This document shows, piece by piece, positions 59,962 through 64,000 of a DNA stretch of 64,000 nt. The notes beneath the pieces were generated by a model that was given only the letters and a program-made list of their open reading frames with translations, was not told the origin of the DNA and ran no database searches. Each line of letters begins with the position of its first letter. The first letter of the stretch is position 1. The position numbers were made by a program, and so were the translations under genes. The stretch is from Vicinamibacterales bacterium (GTDB lineage Bacteria > Acidobacteriota > Vicinamibacteria > Vicinamibacterales > 2-12-FULL-66-21), in the NCBI GenBank assembly GCA_035699745.1, contig DASSPH010000030.1, forward strand, positions 578 to 64,577. Reading direction: 5' to 3'.

Positions 59962-62900
59962 ATGAGCATGTCGAGGTCCAAGCCGATCAAGTTCGCGCTC
60001 GTCGTCGCGTTGTTGAGCCTCACCGTCGCGGCGCCTGACGCACAAGTCGATACTTCTCTCTTCGCCGGCCTGCGCTGGCGCTCCGTCGGACCGCCGCGCG
60101 GCGGCCGCTCGCAAGCGGTCGCCGGCAGCGCCGCCCGCCCGCACGAGTACTACTTCGGCGCCACTGGCGGCGGCGTCTGGAAGACGACGGACGGCGGCGT
60201 GACCTGGCGCCCGGTAACCGACAGGCAGATCCGCACGTCATCGGTCGGCGCGGTGCAGATCGCGCCGTCGAACCCCGACGTCGTGTATGTCGGGATGGGG
60301 GAGACGCAGCTGCGCGGCAATGTCATTCAGGGCGACGGTGTGTACAAAACCACCGACGCGGGGAAGACCTGGACGCACATGGGGCTCGAGAAGACGCAGG
60401 CAATCGCCCGAATCCGCATTCACCCCACCAACCCCGACATTGCGTTCGTCGCGGCGCTCGGCAATCCGTACGGACCGAATCCCGACCGTGGCGTCTTCCG
60501 CACCAGGGACGGCGGCAAGAGCTGGGAAAAAGTCCTGTTCAAGGATGAGAAAACCGGCGCCGTCGATCTCGTCCTCGATCCGGCGAACCCCAGCGTGATG
60601 TACGCCGGACTGTGGGAGGTGTTCCGCACGCCGCACTCGCTGTCGAGCGGCGGACCCGGCAGCGGGCTCTACAAGAGCACCGACGGCGGGACATCGTGGA
60701 CCGAGCTGACGCGGAACCCAGGGCTGCCGAAGCCGATCTGGGGCAAGGTCGGGATCGCGGTCTCCGGCGCCGATCCCAATCGCCTGTGGGCGATCATCGA
60801 AGCCGCCGACGGCGGCATCTTCATGTCGGACGACGCCGGCGCGACGTGGAAGATGGTCAACGACGATCGCCGCATCCGGCAGCGCGCGTTCTATTACACC
60901 CGCATCTACGGCGACCCGAAGACGAAGGACACGTTCTACGTGCTCAACACCGGTCTGTATCGATCGGTGGACGCAGGCAAGACGCTGCGCGCGATCCAGG
61001 TGCCGCACGGCGACAACCACGATCTGTGGATCTCCCCCGAGGATCCGCGCCGGATGGCGAACTCGAACGACGGCGGCGCCAACGTCTCGGTCAACGGCGG
61101 CGAGTCGTGGACCAGCCAGCGCTACCCGACGGCGCAGTTCTACAACGTGTTCACCACCAGCCACGTCCCGTATCACGTCTGCGGCGCGCAGCAGGACAAC
61201 TCGACGGCGTGCGTCTCGAGCGCCGGCACCGGCGACGATCTGTACGACGTCGGCGGCGGCGAGAGTGGATACATCGCGCCGGATCCGACTGACACCGACG
61301 TGTTCTATGCCGGGAGCTACGGCGGCCTGCTGACGCGCATCAACCGCCGCACCGGCGAGGATCGCGCCATCAACGTCTGGCCCGACAACCCGATGGGGCA
61401 CAACTCGGCGTCGATGACGCAGCGCTTCCAGTGGACGTTCCCGATCGTCATCTCCCCGACCGATCCGAAGACCGTCTACGTCACCTCGCAGCACGTGTGG
61501 AAGTCCACCAACCAGGGTCAGTCGTGGCAGCAGATCAGCCCGGATCTCTCCCGCCACGATCCGTCGACCATGGGGGATTCCGGCGGGCCGATCACCCTCG
61601 ACCAGACCGGGGTCGAGACGTACGCGGTGGTCTTCGCGCTCGCCCCCTCGCCGCTCGACGGCAGCGTGCTGTGGGCGGGATCGGACGACGGCTACGTGCA
61701 CGTGACGCGCGACGGCGGCGCGAACTGGTCCAGGATTACGCCGCCCGATCTGCCCGAGTTCGCCCGGGTCAGCTTCATCGAGGCGTCGCCGCACGACGCC
61801 GGCACCGCCTACCTCGCGGCCAATCGCTACCAGCGTTCCGATCGCGCGCCGTACGTCTACCGCACGCAGGACTACGGCAAGACGTGGACGAAGATCGTCG
61901 GCGGCATCCGCCCCGACGATTTCGCGCGGACCATCGCGGAGGATCCGAAGCGGAAGGGACTGTTGTTCCTGGGGACCGAGACCGGCATCTACGTCTCGTT
62001 CGACGCCGGCGGCGTCTGGCAGCCCTTCAGCCTCGATCTGCCGACCACGCCCGTGCACGGCATCCGCATCAAGAACGACGACCTGGTGATCGGCACCCAC
62101 GGCCGCGCGTTCTACGTCATGGACAACATCAACGTGCTGCGCCAGATCGAACGGCGCACGACCGACGATCCGGTGGTGTTGTTCAAGCCCGGCGACGCGA
62201 TGCGATCGGTGTCGCGCGGCGTGGCGATCGACTACTTCCTGAAGCAGCCTGCCGACGCCGTCACGATCGAGATCCTCGACGCGCAGGGGACGCTGATCAA
62301 GAGCTTCACCGGCAAGCCCGCCCCGGCGCCCGCGCCGGGGGGCGCACCCGCCGCGCCCCCCGCGGAAGAGGGCGGCGGATTCCGTCAGCCCCCCGCGCGC
62401 GTGCCGGTCGCGCAGGGGCTGAACCGCTTCGTGTGGGACACGCGCTATCCCGACGCGGCGACGTTCCCCGGATTGATCATGTGGGCCGGCAGCGTGCGCG
62501 GTCCGCAGGCGCCTCCCGGGCAGTATCAGGTGCGGCTGACCGCCACGGGCCCCTTCGGCGGCGCGCAGGGCACGCAGACGAAGACGCAGCCCTTCAGCAT
62601 CGTCCGGAAGCCGGGCATCAGTGCCACTGACGCCGATCTGCAGCAGCAGTTCGCGCTCGCGCGCGACATCAACGCCAAGGTGAGCGCGGCCAACGAGGCG
62701 GTGATCAAGATCCGTTCGGTCAAGGATCAGGTCGCCGATCGCGCCGGCAAGGCGAAGGACGCGAAGATCAAGGCGATGGCCGACGCGCTGACGACCAAGC
62801 TCACCGACGTGGAAGGGCAGCTGTATCAGTACCGCAACCGCAGCAGCCAGGATCCGCTCAACTTCCCGATCCGGTTGAACAACAAGCTCGCCGCGCTGCA

Positions 62901-63087
62901 GGGGATCGTCGAGTCCGGCGATTATCGTCCGACCGATCAGTCGTACGCCGTGTTCAAGGAGCTCACCGGGCAGCTCGAGACGCACCTGGGACGCCTCGAC
63001 GCGCTGCTCGCGGCCGACGTCGGCGCGTTCAACAAGCAGATCGCGAAGAAGAAGCTGCCGCCGGTGACGCCGGCGGCCGGCAAGTAG
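59962..63087 (+). CDS. Secreted sortilin/VPS10-like BNR (Asp-box) repeat beta-propeller protein.
   Basis: There is a signal peptide and many Asp-box motifs (TTDGGVTW, TTDAGKTW, TRDGGKSW, STDGGTSW, SDDAGATW, SVDAGKT, VNGGESW, STNQGQSW, TRDGGANW, TQDYGKTW). Confidence 0.9.
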   Translation: MSMSRSKPIKFALVVALLSLTVAAPDAQVDTSLFAGLRWRSVGPPRGGRSQAVAGSAARPHEYYFGATGGGVWKTTDGGVTWRPVTDRQIRTSSVGAVQIAPSNPDVVYVGMGETQLRGNVIQGDGVYKTTDAGKTWTHMGLEKTQAIARIRIHPTNPDIAFVAALGNPYGPNPDRGVFRTRDGGKSWEKVLFKDEKTGAVDLVLDPANPSVMYAGLWEVFRTPHSLSSGGPGSGLYKSTDGGTSWTELTRNPGLPKPIWGKVGIAVSGADPNRLWAIIEAADGGIFMSDDAGATWKMVNDDRRIRQRAFYYTRIYGDPKTKDTFYVLNTGLYRSVDAGKTLRAIQVPHGDNHDLWISPEDPRRMANSNDGGANVSVNGGESWTSQRYPTAQFYNVFTTSHVPYHVCGAQQDNSTACVSSAGTGDDLYDVGGGESGYIAPDPTDTDVFYAGSYGGLLTRINRRTGEDRAINVWPDNPMGHNSASMTQRFQWTFPIVISPTDPKTVYVTSQHVWKSTNQGQSWQQISPDLSRHDPSTMGDSGGPITLDQTGVETYAVVFALAPSPLDGSVLWAGSDDGYVHVTRDGGANWSRITPPDLPEFARVSFIEASPHDAGTAYLAANRYQRSDRAPYVYRTQDYGKTWTKIVGGIRPDDFARTIAEDPKRKGLLFLGTETGIYVSFDAGGVWQPFSLDLPTTPVHGIRIKNDDLVIGTHGRAFYVMDNINVLRQIERRTTDDPVVLFKPGDAMRSVSRGVAIDYFLKQPADAVTIEILDAQGTLIKSFTGKPAPAPAPGGAPAAPPAEEGGGFRQPPARVPVAQGLNRFVWDTRYPDAATFPGLIMWAGSVRGPQAPPGQYQVRLTATGPFGGAQGTQTKTQPFSIVRKPGISATDADLQQQFALARDINAKVSAANEAVIKIRSVKDQVADRAGKAKDAKIKAMADALTTKLTDVEGQLYQYRNRSSQDPLNFPIRLNNKLAALQGIVESGDYRPTDQSYAVFKELTGQLETHLGRLDALLAADVGAFNKQIAKKKLPPVTPAAGK

Positions 63088-63917
63088 TGGCCAAGGTCCA
63101 GTCCAGCACCTATGGCGAGTCGCGGCTGCGCATGCTGCGCGTGCTGCAGCGCGGCGACCGCCATGACCCGAAAGACCTGACGATCGGCGTCCGGTTCGAG
63201 GGGCCGATCGACGCGATGGTGCCGGGCGAAGCGGTGAAGAATCTCGTCCACCGCGTCGTCCGCGAGCAGGAGCACGCGGCGTCGTCGATCGAATCGCTGG
63301 GCCTGGAAATCTGCGGGCAGGTTCTGGCGCGGCATCCCGGCATCGGACTGGCGCGCGTGGAGATCTCCGAGCAGCCCTGGGCGCGGCTCGACGCCGGCGG
63401 CAAGGCGCAGGGGCAGGCGTTCACACCGGCGGGCGTGGAGCGGCGGACGGCGAGCGTCAGCAGCAACGGTACGCGGACGTCGGTATCGGCCGGCGTGGAG
63501 AACCTCGTCCTGCTGCGCACCGGCGGTTTCGCGCCGACGTCGCGCGGACGTCCGGCGGACGAACCGACGGCCGACGGGCTGCAGCGCGTCTTCGTCGCCA
63601 GGCTGTCGGCGCGCTGGGCGTACACGTCCGGCGACATCGCCTTCGCGCCGTATCGCGCCGGCGTGCGCCAGGCGATCGTCGACACCTTCGCGTGGCACAA
63701 GGGACCGACGAGCCGCGCCACGCTCGCCGCGATCGCGGAGGTGGTGCTCCAGAGCCATCAGGAGATCGCCCAGATCACGCTGACGCTGGAGGAGCATCCG
63801 TACCGGCCCGTCGATCTGCTCGAGCTGTCGGTCGAGGGGGACGCGCTGTTCGTCGTCCGCGACGAGCCGATCGGCGTGATCGAGATTACCGTCGACAGGG
63901 ACGAGCGATCCCAATAG
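63087..63917 (+). CDS. Uricase (urate oxidase, T-fold) family protein, divergent.
   Basis: GTG start overlapping the previous stop by 1 nt. The N-terminus STYGESRLRMLRV resembles the uricase YGKxxVRxxKV start, and the length (~276 aa) and tandem T-fold layout fit. Several residues I recall as catalytic or urate-binding do not line up. Confidence 0.5.
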   Translation: MAKVQSSTYGESRLRMLRVLQRGDRHDPKDLTIGVRFEGPIDAMVPGEAVKNLVHRVVREQEHAASSIESLGLEICGQVLARHPGIGLARVEISEQPWARLDAGGKAQGQAFTPAGVERRTASVSSNGTRTSVSAGVENLVLLRTGGFAPTSRGRPADEPTADGLQRVFVARLSARWAYTSGDIAFAPYRAGVRQAIVDTFAWHKGPTSRATLAAIAEVVLQSHQEIAQITLTLEEHPYRPVDLLELSVEGDALFVVRDEPIGVIEITVDRDERSQ

Positions 63918-63931
63918 AATCGGCAGTTCGC

Positions 63932-64000
63932 ATGAAGGTCGCGCGCCGCTACATCGTCGCCGGGCGCGTGCAGGGCGTCGGGTTCCGCTGGTTCACCCAC
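63932..64000 (+). CDS. acyP: Acylphosphatase (5' part; continues beyond the window).
   Basis: MKVARRYIVAGRVQGVGFRWFTH contains the acylphosphatase signature V.G.VQGVGFR. Confidence 0.8.
   Translation, partial: MKVARRYIVAGRVQGVGFRWFTH

Overview
Very GC-rich bacterial chromosomal window. The gene content points to Acidobacteriota (inference from family recognition): an ADOP-type duplicated orphan permease, a VWFA-related acidobacterial-type protein, a DUF1552/DUF1592 pair and a BlaR1-TonB fusion. I support about 55 protein-coding genes, several gene remnants, one microsatellite, a few hairpins and one riboswitch candidate. I found no rRNA, tRNA, CRISPR array, transposase or integrase.

Main blocks:
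- (i) 1-6.7 kb is a scrambled region. An intact secreted-protein + pyruvate:ferredoxin oxidoreductase cassette is bracketed by two diverged direct copies of a mosaic of gene fragments. A cysteine-synthase fragment and a decayed TcA-like toxin 3' remnant sit next to it.
- (ii) 7.1-14.9 kb is a tight minus-strand array: secreted protein, feoB, feoA, DUF1592 (CxxCH), DUF1552, secreted ankyrin protein.
- (iii) 15.5-25.2 kb is a plus-strand array in two parts. First a possible cobalamin-riboswitch leader and four translationally coupled genes (methyltransferase, DUF3079-like, His-rich 12-TM protein, atypical radical-SAM-like). Then a NarK-like transporter fused to a NarI-like cytochrome b, a Nas/NarB-type molybdoenzyme, a 4-cluster ferredoxin, a membrane-anchored Rieske protein and a small membrane protein. 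I consider this second part the best candidate for an undescribed system: a quinol-linked, assimilatory-type nitrate reductase module.
- (iv) furA-katG.
- (v) Assorted housekeeping and accessory genes, including ECF41-type sigma + epimerase, PilZ, an MtaD-CYTH fusion, a PQQ dehydrogenase, BlaI/BlaR1, two ABC exporters and a spermidine-synthase-like fusion.
- (vi) A secreted Bcp/PrxQ-type peroxiredoxin whose peroxidatic Cys codon is an in-frame TGA followed by a SECIS-like hairpin. This is a probable selenoprotein that ORF finders split in two. The 5'-3' exonuclease gene immediately downstream has a conserved N-terminus with no canonical start codon.

All functional calls come from reading the supplied translations and the DNA. 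No database search was run.
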